The notes: generated by a model from the sequence alone, not told the origin. Shown: positions 29,955 through 38,605, numbered from the stretch's first letter. The stretch: DNA of 64,000 nt from Alphaproteobacteria bacterium (GCA_015062245.1 SUVA01000001.1:12856-76855), one strand, 5' to 3'. Program-made: numbers and translations.

Positions 29955-31715
29955 TTATCTTTTTGTGTTGATATTACAGGCATTGATTTCTTTTTCGGTT
30001 TCAACCGCATCCGGTTCATTCCCGTCAATCAATAACGCATCATATTCTTCTTTAAAGAACTTCATGGTTGACAAAACCGGATTGGGGGCTGTTTGGCCTA
30101 AACCACACAAAGAAGCCTTTTGCATGGCGTTTCCGATTTCCTTGATTTTGGCCACATCCGCTTTGGTGCCTTTGCCATCGGCAATTTTGTTCATTAATTG
30201 CAACATTTGATATCCACCAATACGGCATGGCGCACACTTACCACAGGATTCATCCACCGTAAAGCCCAAATAGAACTTGGCAATTTCAACCATACTGTCG
30301 TCTTCATCCATGATAATCATACCGCCTGAGCCCATCATAGAACCGATTTTTTTCAATTCTTCATAGCATAACGGCATATGCAGTTCGCTGGCCGGTATCA
30401 CACCACCGGAAGGACCGCCCGTTTGAACGGCCTTAAAGGGCTTACCGGAACTGGTCCCGCCACCGACGTCGTTCACCATTTCACCAACGGTTGTTCCCAT
30501 CGGCACTTCCACAAGACCTGAATGTTTCACTTTACCGGTGATGGCAAAAACTTTTGTGCCTTTGGACGTTTCGGTGCCAACTTCGCTGAACCATTCGGGA
30601 CCGTTGACCATAATCGGTGCAATATTGGCCAAAGTTTCCACGTTGTTGATGGCCGTCGGCTTATCAAACAATCCTTTTTGTGTCGGGAATGGTGGACGGG
30701 GACGTGGTGTACCGCGCTTACCTTCCACAGACGACATCAGGGCTGTTTCTTCACCACACACAAAGGCCCCAGCCCCATAACGGATATCCGCCATAAAGTT
30801 AAAGTCTGTGCCAAAAATGTTGCGGCCCAAAATACCATAGCGTTTGGCCTGTTTAATTGCCAATTCCATCCGCTGAATCGCCAAAGGATATTCGGCACGG
30901 ATATAGAACCATCCGTTGGTGGCCCCTGTCGCATAGGCACCAATCATCATCCCTTCCAATACGGCATGGGAACCACCACCTAAAATACACGAATCCATAT
31001 AGGCGCCCGGATCGCCTTCATCACCGTTACAAATCATAAACTTTTCACCGTCAACCAAGGGCGATTTGGCCAGCATTTCCCACTTGACACCTGTGGGGAA
31101 TCCGCCACCGCCACGACCACGCAAGCCGGACTTTTTAATCACTTCCAACACTTCTTCGGGTTTCATGGTCAAAGCCTTCATCAACCCCTGATAACCACCG
31201 TTGGCAATATATTCGCCCAAATCTTCGGGATCCGAATGGCCCAACAAACGCAATACGATTTTACGTTGTTTTTGGAAAAACGGCAAATCCAAAGAAAGTT
31301 CTTGTTGTTTCAAATAATCCGAAGTATTGATTTCGCCTTCTGATTTCAACGCCGGTGCCACATGCTCGGCCACAATCAATCGGGCCATATCGGGCGTTAC
31401 ATGTTGATATAATACAGGCTTTTGACCTTTAATTTCCACACGGGCCAAAGGACCGGAGGCACACAACCCCATACAACCGGTGCAAACCATACGCACATCG
31501 GCTTCTATACCGGCCGATTTTAAAGCTTCTTTAAAAGTATCAATCACACTGGATGCACCACCTGAATGACAGCTGGTGGCATTACAGGTGTAAATGGACG
31601 CCTTAAAATGGGCCACACGTTCTTTAAATTCATCACCCAATTTTAACAATGTTTCTTTTTGGGTGCGCCCCAAAGCTTTTAATTTTTCAACTTGTTCTTG
31701 TGACAATTCTACCAT
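29955..31715 (-). CDS. hydB: NuoF-like flavoprotein subunit HydB (FMN/NAD(P)H-binding, 2Fe-2S + 4Fe-4S clusters)
   Basis: GRGGGGFPTG FMN motif; N-terminal thioredoxin-like 2Fe-2S domain (CTGCMGLCASGP); C-terminal CGKCAPCR-type ferredoxin motifs; 586 aa as in trimeric bifurcating hydrogenases. Confidence 0.8.
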   Translation of the reverse strand: MVELSQEQVEKLKALGRTQKETLLKLGDEFKERVAHFKASIYTCNATSCHSGGASSVIDTFKEALKSAGIEADVRMVCTGCMGLCASGPLARVEIKGQKPVLYQHVTPDMARLIVAEHVAPALKSEGEINTSDYLKQQELSLDLPFFQKQRKIVLRLLGHSDPEDLGEYIANGGYQGLMKALTMKPEEVLEVIKKSGLRGRGGGGFPTGVKWEMLAKSPLVDGEKFMICNGDEGDPGAYMDSCILGGGSHAVLEGMMIGAYATGATNGWFYIRAEYPLAIQRMELAIKQAKRYGILGRNIFGTDFNFMADIRYGAGAFVCGEETALMSSVEGKRGTPRPRPPFPTQKGLFDKPTAINNVETLANIAPIMVNGPEWFSEVGTETSKGTKVFAITGKVKHSGLVEVPMGTTVGEMVNDVGGGTSSGKPFKAVQTGGPSGGVIPASELHMPLCYEELKKIGSMMGSGGMIIMDEDDSMVEIAKFYLGFTVDESCGKCAPCRIGGYQMLQLMNKIADGKGTKADVAKIKEIGNAMQKASLCGLGQTAPNPVLSTMKFFKEEYDALLIDGNEPDAVETEKEINACNINTKR

Positions 31716-31732
31716 CTTTTATCTCCTTACGC

Positions 31733-32218
31733 TTACATTGCCATTGTTTCACGCCATTCGGCAATAATTTTCGGCACTTCCAACGGGGTTACACGGCCGT
31801 ATGTTTTGCCATTGACAACCACAACGGGGGCCAAACCGCAACACCCTAAACAACGCACCACCTGAATATAAAACAAACCGTCATCTGTTGTAATACCGGC
31901 CTTCACACCCAATTCGGATTCAAATGCATCAATAACGGATTGGCTTCCCTTAATATGACAGGCTGTACCATCACAAATAGAAATAACAACTTTTCCCGGC
32001 GGATTTAATTTAAAGTGATTATAAAACGTTAAAACGGAATAAATTTGAGCCATCGGAATCTTTAATTCTTCGGCCACCACTTCCATGGAACACCACGGCA
32101 CATAACCAAATGCCCCTTGGATTTCGTGCAAAGCCATGATTAAAGAACCACGTTTGCTTTTCCACTTGACCATCATTTTTTTGGTCTCTTCTTGTATTTT
32201 TGCTTTATCTTCGGACAT
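31733..32218 (-). CDS. hydC: NuoE-like thioredoxin-fold 2Fe-2S subunit HydC
   Basis: CDGTACHIKG ... VRCLGCCGLAP motif; start at 32218 (MSEDKAKIQ) with RBS AAGGAGAA. Confidence 0.75.
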   Translation of the reverse strand: MSEDKAKIQEETKKMMVKWKSKRGSLIMALHEIQGAFGYVPWCSMEVVAEELKIPMAQIYSVLTFYNHFKLNPPGKVVISICDGTACHIKGSQSVIDAFESELGVKAGITTDDGLFYIQVVRCLGCCGLAPVVVVNGKTYGRVTPLEVPKIIAEWRETMAM

Positions 32219-32252
32219 TATATTCTCCTTTTTTGTTTTAAAGATATTTTCG

Positions 32253-32280
32253 TTATAACATATATTAAAATAATACGCAA
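32253..32280 (-). promoter_or_regulatory. Candidate sigma70-like promoter for hydCBA
   Basis: On the minus strand, TTGCGT-16 nt-TATAAC about 30 nt upstream of the hydC RBS. Confidence 0.4.
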
Positions 32281-32300
32281 GAATTTTTGAACAAATAAAA

Positions 32301-32325
32301 ACCACCGTTTTATCGGTGGTTTTTA
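32301..32325. terminator. Bidirectional terminator downstream of tyrS
   Basis: ACCACCG-TTTTAT-CGGTGGT hairpin with flanking A5 and T5. Confidence 0.55.
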
Positions 32326-32329
32326 ATGT

Positions 32330-33589
32330 TTATTTTAAAATCAACCTTAGGAAATTCTTTTTGCCTTTTTGTAACAAAATGGCACCATCTTGAACATCAT
32401 CCAAAGTGATTTGTTGTTCAACAACGGATACTTTTTTCCCATTCACGGATAAACCGGATTGTTGAATCAAACGGCGGGCTTCGCCTTTGGAAGCAATAAA
32501 GCCGACAGATGTGACCAAATCCAAAATACCGATACCGTTTTGCAAATCGGATTGATTAAATTCTTGGGTCGGAACATCGGCCATATTGGTGCCTTTTTCA
32601 AACAAAGCTTTGGCGGCTTCAATGGCTTTATTGGCCTCTTCTTCACCATGCACCAACTTTGTGACTTCAAAGGCCATACGCTTTTTGGCGGCAACAATAT
32701 CGGATTTACACAAAGCATCAATTTCGGATGTTGGAATATCCGTGAACAATTTCAACAACATTTCGGTGTTTTCATCGGCGATATTGTAAAAGTATTGATA
32801 AAAGGCAAACGGCGTGGTGCGATCACGGGCCACCCACAAAGTGCCACTTTCTGTTTTGCCCATTTTTTTACCTTCTTTGGTCATTAAAAGCGGACATGTC
32901 AAACCAAAAGTATCCGGGCGGTCTTCATGTGATTTTCCTTCATCATGGATATTCATTTTGCGACTGAGTTCCGTTCCCGCTACAATATTTCCCCATTGGT
33001 CAGACCCCCCAATTTCCAAAGTACATCCATATTTGCGATTTAAGTACACAAAATCATAAGCCTGCATCAACATATAGCCCATTTCCAAAAAGGTAAGACC
33101 ACCACTTGCCATACGTGATGAATAGGCTTCACTTGCTAACATCTTATTCACGTTAAAGTGTATTCCCACCATACGCAAAAAGTCCACATAGGTATGGGCA
33201 TTAATCCATTCAGAATTATCCAAAATAATGGCCGGATTTTCACCATCTGTTTTAACAAAGCGCTTGGCCAACTCTTTGACTTCGGCAACATTATGGGTCA
33301 CGGTTTCTTTGGTCATCATTTTACGCATATCGGATTTGCCGGTCGGATCCCCCACCAAAGCCGTGGCGCCCCCAATCACCAAGATACCTTTATGACCTTG
33401 GCGTTGCAAAAGACGAAACATCATCAATGCAAAAAAGTGCCCGATATGCAAACTGTCGGCTGTCGGATCAATCCCCAAATAAAAGGTTATCGGTTTATCC
33501 CCATCAATGTTTTTACGAACCTGTTCTTCATTTGTGACCTGATACACATAGCCACGTTCTTTTAAATAATCAAAAAAACTGTTTTGCAT
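32330..33589 (-). CDS. tyrS: Tyrosine--tRNA ligase
   Basis: HIGH (SLHIGHF) and KMSKS-like (KMGKT) motifs; C-terminal S4 domain; start at 33589. Confidence 0.9.
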   Translation of the reverse strand: MQNSFFDYLKERGYVYQVTNEEQVRKNIDGDKPITFYLGIDPTADSLHIGHFFALMMFRLLQRQGHKGILVIGGATALVGDPTGKSDMRKMMTKETVTHNVAEVKELAKRFVKTDGENPAIILDNSEWINAHTYVDFLRMVGIHFNVNKMLASEAYSSRMASGGLTFLEMGYMLMQAYDFVYLNRKYGCTLEIGGSDQWGNIVAGTELSRKMNIHDEGKSHEDRPDTFGLTCPLLMTKEGKKMGKTESGTLWVARDRTTPFAFYQYFYNIADENTEMLLKLFTDIPTSEIDALCKSDIVAAKKRMAFEVTKLVHGEEEANKAIEAAKALFEKGTNMADVPTQEFNQSDLQNGIGILDLVTSVGFIASKGEARRLIQQSGLSVNGKKVSVVEQQITLDDVQDGAILLQKGKKNFLRLILK

Positions 33590-33689
33590 TTTATACCTTT
33601 CATTTATACGGTGGATTTTAATACAAAACAATTAAAAAATCAAGATTTTTCTGATAGAAAACCTGAAAGTGTTTTTTTTATTTTTTCCT

Positions 33690-33718
33690 TGCATATGTTT
33701 TCAAAGTTTATTAAAATA
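33690..33718 (+). promoter_or_regulatory. Candidate promoter about 220 nt upstream of the ParB-like gene (long structured leader)
   Basis: TTGCAT-17 nt-TAAAAT; leader contains hairpin CCAAC-TGTTCGAATCG-GTTGG. Confidence 0.35.
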
Positions 33719-33935
33719 TCCGTGCATACAGTGATTCTGTGTGTAGGCCTAGAAAACCTATGCGTTTGGCGTCTTGATTATCAAGATGATATTTTCCAAC
33801 TGTTCGAATCGGTTGGAAGGTTGTAAAATAAGGGAATAAATCCCAAATATACAACACTATTCCAAACGATAGTTTTCTAGCTTCCAACCGCCTCTCATCA
33901 AGGCGATATTTTAATTTTGAAAGGAAATCTAGAAA

Positions 33936-34493
33936 ATGAATTTTATAAAATTAAAAAAGAAAAAAGATCGGTTTGAATTTTATTTGTTTGGACATAAAAT
34001 TGTTTTTTACCGATATCTTCGTATTCTCAGGGAAATTTTTTTAATGGTTCACTATAACCAACTTAAAGAAACCCTGAAAACAAAATTTAACATCACACTG
34101 CCCAAAGAAGCCTATCATCATTTATCCGGAAATGTGGAAATTGTAAAACTTGCCTTAAAAGATTTACATGTCCCATGCGGACACAGAAAAACATGCCCCA
34201 TTGATGAAACACAAACCTATAAATATTTAAAGAATAAGAGCGCTAATTACACCTATCGCAACAAAGATTTTTATTGTGAAGCCGATGTATTTTTACCGGT
34301 TGATGAAAGTGACACTGCTAAAAGAATGTTAGAGCTGGTTAAATCATTAACACAAAAAGACGAATATGATCCATCAAAATGTGTGATTGTTGTTCGCAAA
34401 AACAATGCCATTATAGACGGCCAACATCGTGCCGCTGTTTTATATCATAAATACGGACCAAACCACAAAGTTTTGGTTGTTCGTGAAAGATAA
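33936..34493 (+). CDS. ParB/Srx-like N-terminal domain protein
   Basis: C-terminal VVRKNNAIIDGQHRAAVL resembles the ParB-type catalytic/CTP-binding motif; RBS GAAAGGAAA. Confidence 0.45.
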   Translation: MNFIKLKKKKDRFEFYLFGHKIVFYRYLRILREIFLMVHYNQLKETLKTKFNITLPKEAYHHLSGNVEIVKLALKDLHVPCGHRKTCPIDETQTYKYLKNKSANYTYRNKDFYCEADVFLPVDESDTAKRMLELVKSLTQKDEYDPSKCVIVVRKNNAIIDGQHRAAVLYHKYGPNHKVLVVRER

Positions 34494-34535
34494 AAAAATC
34501 CCCTTGTTTTCACAAGGGGGGATTTTAAAATTTAC

Positions 34536-35018
34536 TTATTTTTTTATTTTTAATTCGCTGGTACAATTGGGGCAACGGGTTGCCTTAACGGAAATCTGGG
34601 TACAGCAATAAGGACAAGTTTTTTCCGTTTTTGGGGCCGGCGCAGCCGCTTCGGCTTTATCCATTTTTTCACGCAAAGTGTTGATGGCTTTTACCAACAA
34701 AAACACCGCAAACGCCACAATTGTAAAGCTGATTAAAGCATTTAAAAATAAACCGTAATTGATGGTAACGGCACCGGCTTTTTGGGCGGCATCCAAGCTG
34801 GCATACGGACCGGCCACAGAACCATCCATCAATTTGATGTACAGATTGGTAAAATCCACTTTACCCAACAACAATCCCAACGGTGGCATCAAAATATCTT
34901 TGACCAAAGAATCAACGATTTTACCGAAACTGGCACCGATGATAATACCGATAGCCATATCCAGCACATTACCACGCAAAGCAAATTTTTTAAATTCACC
35001 AATAACATTTTTAAACAT
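34536..35018 (-). CDS. mscL: Large-conductance mechanosensitive channel MscL with C-terminal zinc-ribbon extension
   Basis: MscL TM1 signature ([35 protein letters not shown]); extra C-terminus CPYCC...CPNC. Confidence 0.85.
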   Translation of the reverse strand: MFKNVIGEFKKFALRGNVLDMAIGIIIGASFGKIVDSLVKDILMPPLGLLLGKVDFTNLYIKLMDGSVAGPYASLDAAQKAGAVTINYGLFLNALISFTIVAFAVFLLVKAINTLREKMDKAEAAAPAPKTEKTCPYCCTQISVKATRCPNCTSELKIKK

Positions 35019-35038
35019 TTTATTTTCCTTTCATTTTA

Positions 35039-35893
35039 TTATAAATCAAATAAATCGGCATACTTTAATTGCAAGCCAACCATCAAGTTTGTCCCCACTT
35101 TATCAGTACCTCTGGCCTGTCCACGGCGATAACTGACATAAGGGGCAAAAGCCAAAGTATCCGTCAAGGCGACTTCCATTTTGGCGGTTAAATCCAAATC
35201 ATATCTTAAATCTGTCGGCACAAATTCGCTGAAATGGACATAGTCGGTGTACTTGGCCGAACCCGATAACTTCACACCTTCACGAATGGGATATTCAGCA
35301 CGCAACCCGATTTCCCAACCGTGCTTCATTGTCTTTTTATCGGAATAGGTAAAATCATATTCTTGCATAGCGGCCAAATATAAATCTTTTACAAACTTAC
35401 CTTCAAATAATTTCAAACCTTCACGACCCGAAAAAGCTTTATAACGGGGCGAATCCTGATTGGCGGTAAATTCCGTTTGAAAAGCCAACTGAGCAAAAGG
35501 CCCGATATCGGCATCTTTATACTTCCACAATTTTAACGCATAGTCTGTGGATAACCAGATTTTATCGGCACTTTCGCTGGTTTCTTCCTCTTCATCCACG
35601 GGCTTGATTTTTAATTTACCATAGTTTAGCATCAAATTATTTGACCAAAAACTTTTTTCATCACTGCGGTTCAAAAAAGCATCCAATTTGCCAACGATAT
35701 TGTATTGGCTGTCCGCACTGTATGCTGAAATGGGTGAATCACTGTATTCACGGGCATTACCAACGGTTGTGTTGGAATAGCTGAGAGATATTTCACGCAC
35801 ATCCAACTGCCATGTTGGGGCTGTTTCTTCGGCCAAAGCCAACGCCGGCACAAAAGCCACACCCAATAATAAAGATTTAAAAAGTGTTTTCAT
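35039..35893 (-). CDS. Outer-membrane beta-barrel protein, family unclear (MipA/DUF481-like?)
   Basis: Signal peptide MKTLFKSLLLGVAFVPALALA; alternating beta-strand pattern rich in Y and G. Confidence 0.5.
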   Translation of the reverse strand: MKTLFKSLLLGVAFVPALALAEETAPTWQLDVREISLSYSNTTVGNAREYSDSPISAYSADSQYNIVGKLDAFLNRSDEKSFWSNNLMLNYGKLKIKPVDEEEETSESADKIWLSTDYALKLWKYKDADIGPFAQLAFQTEFTANQDSPRYKAFSGREGLKLFEGKFVKDLYLAAMQEYDFTYSDKKTMKHGWEIGLRAEYPIREGVKLSGSAKYTDYVHFSEFVPTDLRYDLDLTAKMEVALTDTLAFAPYVSYRRGQARGTDKVGTNLMVGLQLKYADLFDL

Positions 35894-36018
35894 ATTTTCT
35901 CCTTACATAAAACCTTATGTAGGATAAACAAGTTGATACAAAAAAGCAAGGAAAAATTTTATACTGGACAAACATACAAAATAATGCTATCTTCTGTCTG
36001 ATTTTAAGGAGATTCTTT

Positions 36019-36603
36019 ATGCGTTTTTTCACTTTTGTTTCGGGATTATTTATCGCCCTACCCCTTTGGGCAAATGATTTGATGAATTTAAGAAGTTACG
36101 GCAATGATTCGCCCAACAAACTATATTTATTTTCGTCATTGGCCTGTCCGCACTGTGCCCACTTTCATCAGGATGTTTTACCTGAAATTGAAAAAAACTA
36201 TGTAAAACCCGGCAAAGCAAAAATCGTGATGGTAGATATGGTTATGAACAATGCCAGCTTATTGGGTGCCATATTGTTGCGTTGCGCCCCAAAAGAAAAA
36301 CAACACGAAATTGAAAAAGAATTATACCAAGAACAAAAACAGTGGGCCTTTGATGAAAAAAAAGCCAAAATATTTTTGGCTGATATTGCCCATAAATACG
36401 GAATTTCCGCCGGTGAATTTGAAACGTGCATTCAAAATAAAGATTTACAAAAAACAATTATTACCGACCAAAAAAAATTATCCGCTACTTATGGCATCAC
36501 CCATATGCCAACCCTTATGTTTCGCAAAAATGAACAGGTGTTTTTATGGAAAGGAAGCGAAAAAGACGAAATTATGACAGGCCTTTCCCAAGCTTTTGAA
36601 TAA
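36019..36603 (+). CDS. dsbA: DsbA-family thiol:disulfide oxidoreductase
   Basis: Signal peptide; thioredoxin-fold CxxC active site (LACPHCAHF). Confidence 0.7.
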   Translation: MRFFTFVSGLFIALPLWANDLMNLRSYGNDSPNKLYLFSSLACPHCAHFHQDVLPEIEKNYVKPGKAKIVMVDMVMNNASLLGAILLRCAPKEKQHEIEKELYQEQKQWAFDEKKAKIFLADIAHKYGISAGEFETCIQNKDLQKTIITDQKKLSATYGITHMPTLMFRKNEQVFLWKGSEKDEIMTGLSQAFE

Positions 36604-36620
36604 AATTCGTTATAAAAGAC

Positions 36621-36649
36621 TTGCATTTTTTTAAAAAATTGGATATACT
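36621..36649 (+). promoter_or_regulatory. Promoter of tRNA-Ser
   Basis: TTGCAT-17 nt-TATACT ending 9 nt before the tRNA 5' end. Confidence 0.55.
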
Positions 36650-36658
36650 TACAATCAA

Positions 36659-36748
36659 GGATAGGTGGCCGAGTGGTTGAAGGCGCACGCCTGGAAAGTG
36701 TGTTTAGGGGCAACTCTAACGGAGGTTCGAATCCTCTCCTATCCGCCA
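36659..36748 (+). tRNA. tRNA-Ser (anticodon GGA), CCA encoded
   Basis: GGATAGG acceptor stem, long variable arm, anticodon loop CUGGAAA, T-arm GGAGGTTCGAATCCTCT, 3' CCTATCC-G-CCA. Confidence 0.9.
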
Positions 36749-36754
36749 GTTTTA

Positions 36755-36778
36755 GCACCCTGCGGGGTGTTTTTTTTT
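36755..36778 (+). terminator. tRNA-Ser terminator
   Basis: CACCC-TGCG-GGGTG hairpin plus T9. Confidence 0.6.
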
Positions 36779-36794
36779 ATGAGAGGATGAGAAC

Positions 36795-36937
36795 CGACAA
36801 GGAGGTTCGTTTGCGAATAAAATGAGCAGACGCCGTCAGGCGGTCCGAGTTTACGAGGACGAGGGCTTGCCCCGAGCAATCCTCTCCTATCCGCCAGTTT
36901 TAACACCCTTTTGGGTGTTTTTTTATGAGAGGATGAA
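36795..36937 (+). repeat. Partial duplicate of the tRNA-Ser 3' end plus its terminator, interrupted by about 65 bp (att-like scar or tRNA pseudogene fragment)
   Basis: GGAGGTTCG at 36801, a 65-nt insertion, then AATCCTCTCCTATCCGCCAGTTTTAACACCCTTTTGGGTGTTTTTTTATGAGAGGATGA, which repeats 36729..36793 almost exactly. Each copy is flanked by the inverted pair ATCCTCTC / GAGAGGAT. Confidence 0.6.
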
Positions 36938-37068
36938 ATTTCAAACGACTTCTGTTACTTTCTTCAACCTTTAAGCGTGCTTTAAATAATATTTAATATT
37001 TTTAGTTGTAATATGTATGAAATATATCTATAAGTATAAAACAAACAATTTAAAAAAAAGGAGAAAAA

Positions 37069-37350
37069 ATGTTAGTTTGTAAAAATGTTATTGTCAATGG
37101 GCGCAGAACCAGTATGCGCTTGGATCGTGAAACGTGGATATCTTTATCGGATATTTGCCAAAGGGAGGGGATCACAATCCACGAATTGTGTTCTAAAATT
37201 GATGCGACAAAGGGGGTGTCGGGTTTGTCATCGGCCACACGCTTGTTTGTGCTAACTTATTTTCGGTTTTTATTGAATCAATATGAACACCATAATATCA
37301 TGCAAAATAAAACCTTTAATCCCGAAGCGGTGTTAAAGCAAACGGTATAA
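37069..37350 (+). CDS. Ribbon-helix-helix DNA-binding protein (RHH_4-like)
   Basis: NVIVNGRRTSMRLDRETWISLSDICQREG matches the alphaproteobacterial RHH family; RBS AAGGAGAAAAAATG. Confidence 0.6.
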   Translation: MLVCKNVIVNGRRTSMRLDRETWISLSDICQREGITIHELCSKIDATKGVSGLSSATRLFVLTYFRFLLNQYEHHNIMQNKTFNPEAVLKQTV

Positions 37351-37411
37351 AGATGGATATCAATATAAAAATCCCCCCTGTAACAAACAGGAGGGATAAT
37401 ACACAAGAAAA

Positions 37412-38605
37412 TTACTTACATAACACACTGCTCAGCGTGAAATCCCATCCATCACGACCTTGTTGAGAACCTGTTCCGTTCATATACATCGGATAATTAC
37501 AATCCGAATATATAGTATTTATGCAAGAAACCCAACCATGCGCAGCTATTGAACAGGATCCAAATAATTCTGCACAACCCAATTCTTCGGGTTTGACCAT
37601 TTTCTCTTTTCCACCACATATGGCCACGCCATCACTGAAAGAAACTCCTCCGGAAATATTAACTTGAGTTCCTATCCGATTCCCTTCAGAATCTTTTATT
37701 TCTGTACAAGAAGATGGATTTTCAGCACAATAATCCTCATATTTTGGAAGCTCTTTGTTCGGATTTAAACAAATACATTTTTCCAAACTATTATCACAAA
37801 CTGCATACGCACCAGCACGCATTTCTTCCGCTGTGCATTCTGCGCAATCATACACACCACATGCAACAGCATTGCTGGATACAGCACAAGACCAACTACC
37901 ATTTACTGATTGATACCAATATCCCTTTAAAGCATTACAGCATTCTTCACCTGTACAGTCTTTTGTTCCAAATTCACATTTGCCATTCGAACAAGTGGTT
38001 GTTTTACCATCGGCGGTGGTGCAAGAATCTGTTGATGAAATATCACCTGTTTCAGAATCACAACATTGAGAGTCATATCCCACACAACAATCTTTTTTAC
38101 ATTCACCGCCACACCATTTATAGCCGGCAGCTTCGCACTTTCCACCTGTTGCGTCATCGTTATAATCAGCGGCGACTTTGTCGCTGGATAAATTATTATT
38201 ATAGGTTAAGGTCAATGTTGTTTCATTACATTCGGCTTTGCGAACCATGCCGCCTGACATCTTTTCCATTTGCTCACATACGGCCGAATCCATACCGGTG
38301 ATTTCCATTTTAAATTGTTCGTCATTGACTTTTTCCGGTGTGCCAAATGTTCCATATTTACCATTGCCAAAATCTTGAACATTTAGGGGTTTATCGGTTA
38401 GAATTTGGGAGGATATGGTGGTGGCAAGCATACTGGCCTGATGTAATAATTCATTCGCTTTGTGTTTTTTCATGGCGACACCATAACCATATACACCACC
38501 CACGGACAAGACACCCACGATGGCCAGTACGCCCAGCATTTCAACCATACTGCGCCCCTTTTGGCTTCTTTTATAGTTTTTGTTTGTTTTATTTTTTACT
38601 GACAT
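37412..38605 (-). CDS. Type IVb prepilin-like protein with large cysteine-rich C-terminal domain (candidate minor pilin / tip adhesin)
   Basis: Start at 38605 with RBS GAAAGGAGTC. 17-aa basic leader ending in Gly (MSVKNKTNKNYKRSQKG), then RSMVEMLGVLAIVGVLSVGG with Glu at +5, resembling TcpA/CofA N-terminal helices. About 380-aa mature part has some 40 Cys including CC doublets. Confidence 0.6.
   Translation of the reverse strand: MSVKNKTNKNYKRSQKGRSMVEMLGVLAIVGVLSVGGVYGYGVAMKKHKANELLHQASMLATTISSQILTDKPLNVQDFGNGKYGTFGTPEKVNDEQFKMEITGMDSAVCEQMEKMSGGMVRKAECNETTLTLTYNNNLSSDKVAADYNDDATGGKCEAAGYKWCGGECKKDCCVGYDSQCCDSETGDISSTDSCTTADGKTTTCSNGKCEFGTKDCTGEECCNALKGYWYQSVNGSWSCAVSSNAVACGVYDCAECTAEEMRAGAYAVCDNSLEKCICLNPNKELPKYEDYCAENPSSCTEIKDSEGNRIGTQVNISGGVSFSDGVAICGGKEKMVKPEELGCAELFGSCSIAAHGWVSCINTIYSDCNYPMYMNGTGSQQGRDGWDFTLSSVLCK

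Noticed and set aside
30522-31039. Several plus-strand ORFs (153, 80 and 60 aa) opposite hydB
   Set aside because: Antisense to a gene with unambiguous NuoF motifs; composition-driven open frames.
28185-32305. Alternative reading of the three Fe-S genes as complex I nuoEFG or a formate dehydrogenase
   Set aside because: The large subunit has the three [FeFe]-hydrogenase H-cluster motifs and no molybdopterin domain; the gene order and sizes fit HydCBA.
33780-33810. GTTCGAATC motif suggesting a tRNA
   Set aside because: No acceptor, D or anticodon arms can be folded around it. Kept only as a hairpin in a leader.
37714-38301. 195-aa His-rich plus-strand ORF
   Set aside because: Antisense to the Cys-rich pilin-like gene. 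Reverse-complemented TGC/TGT and GGN codons make the H/Q-rich sequence. No start context.
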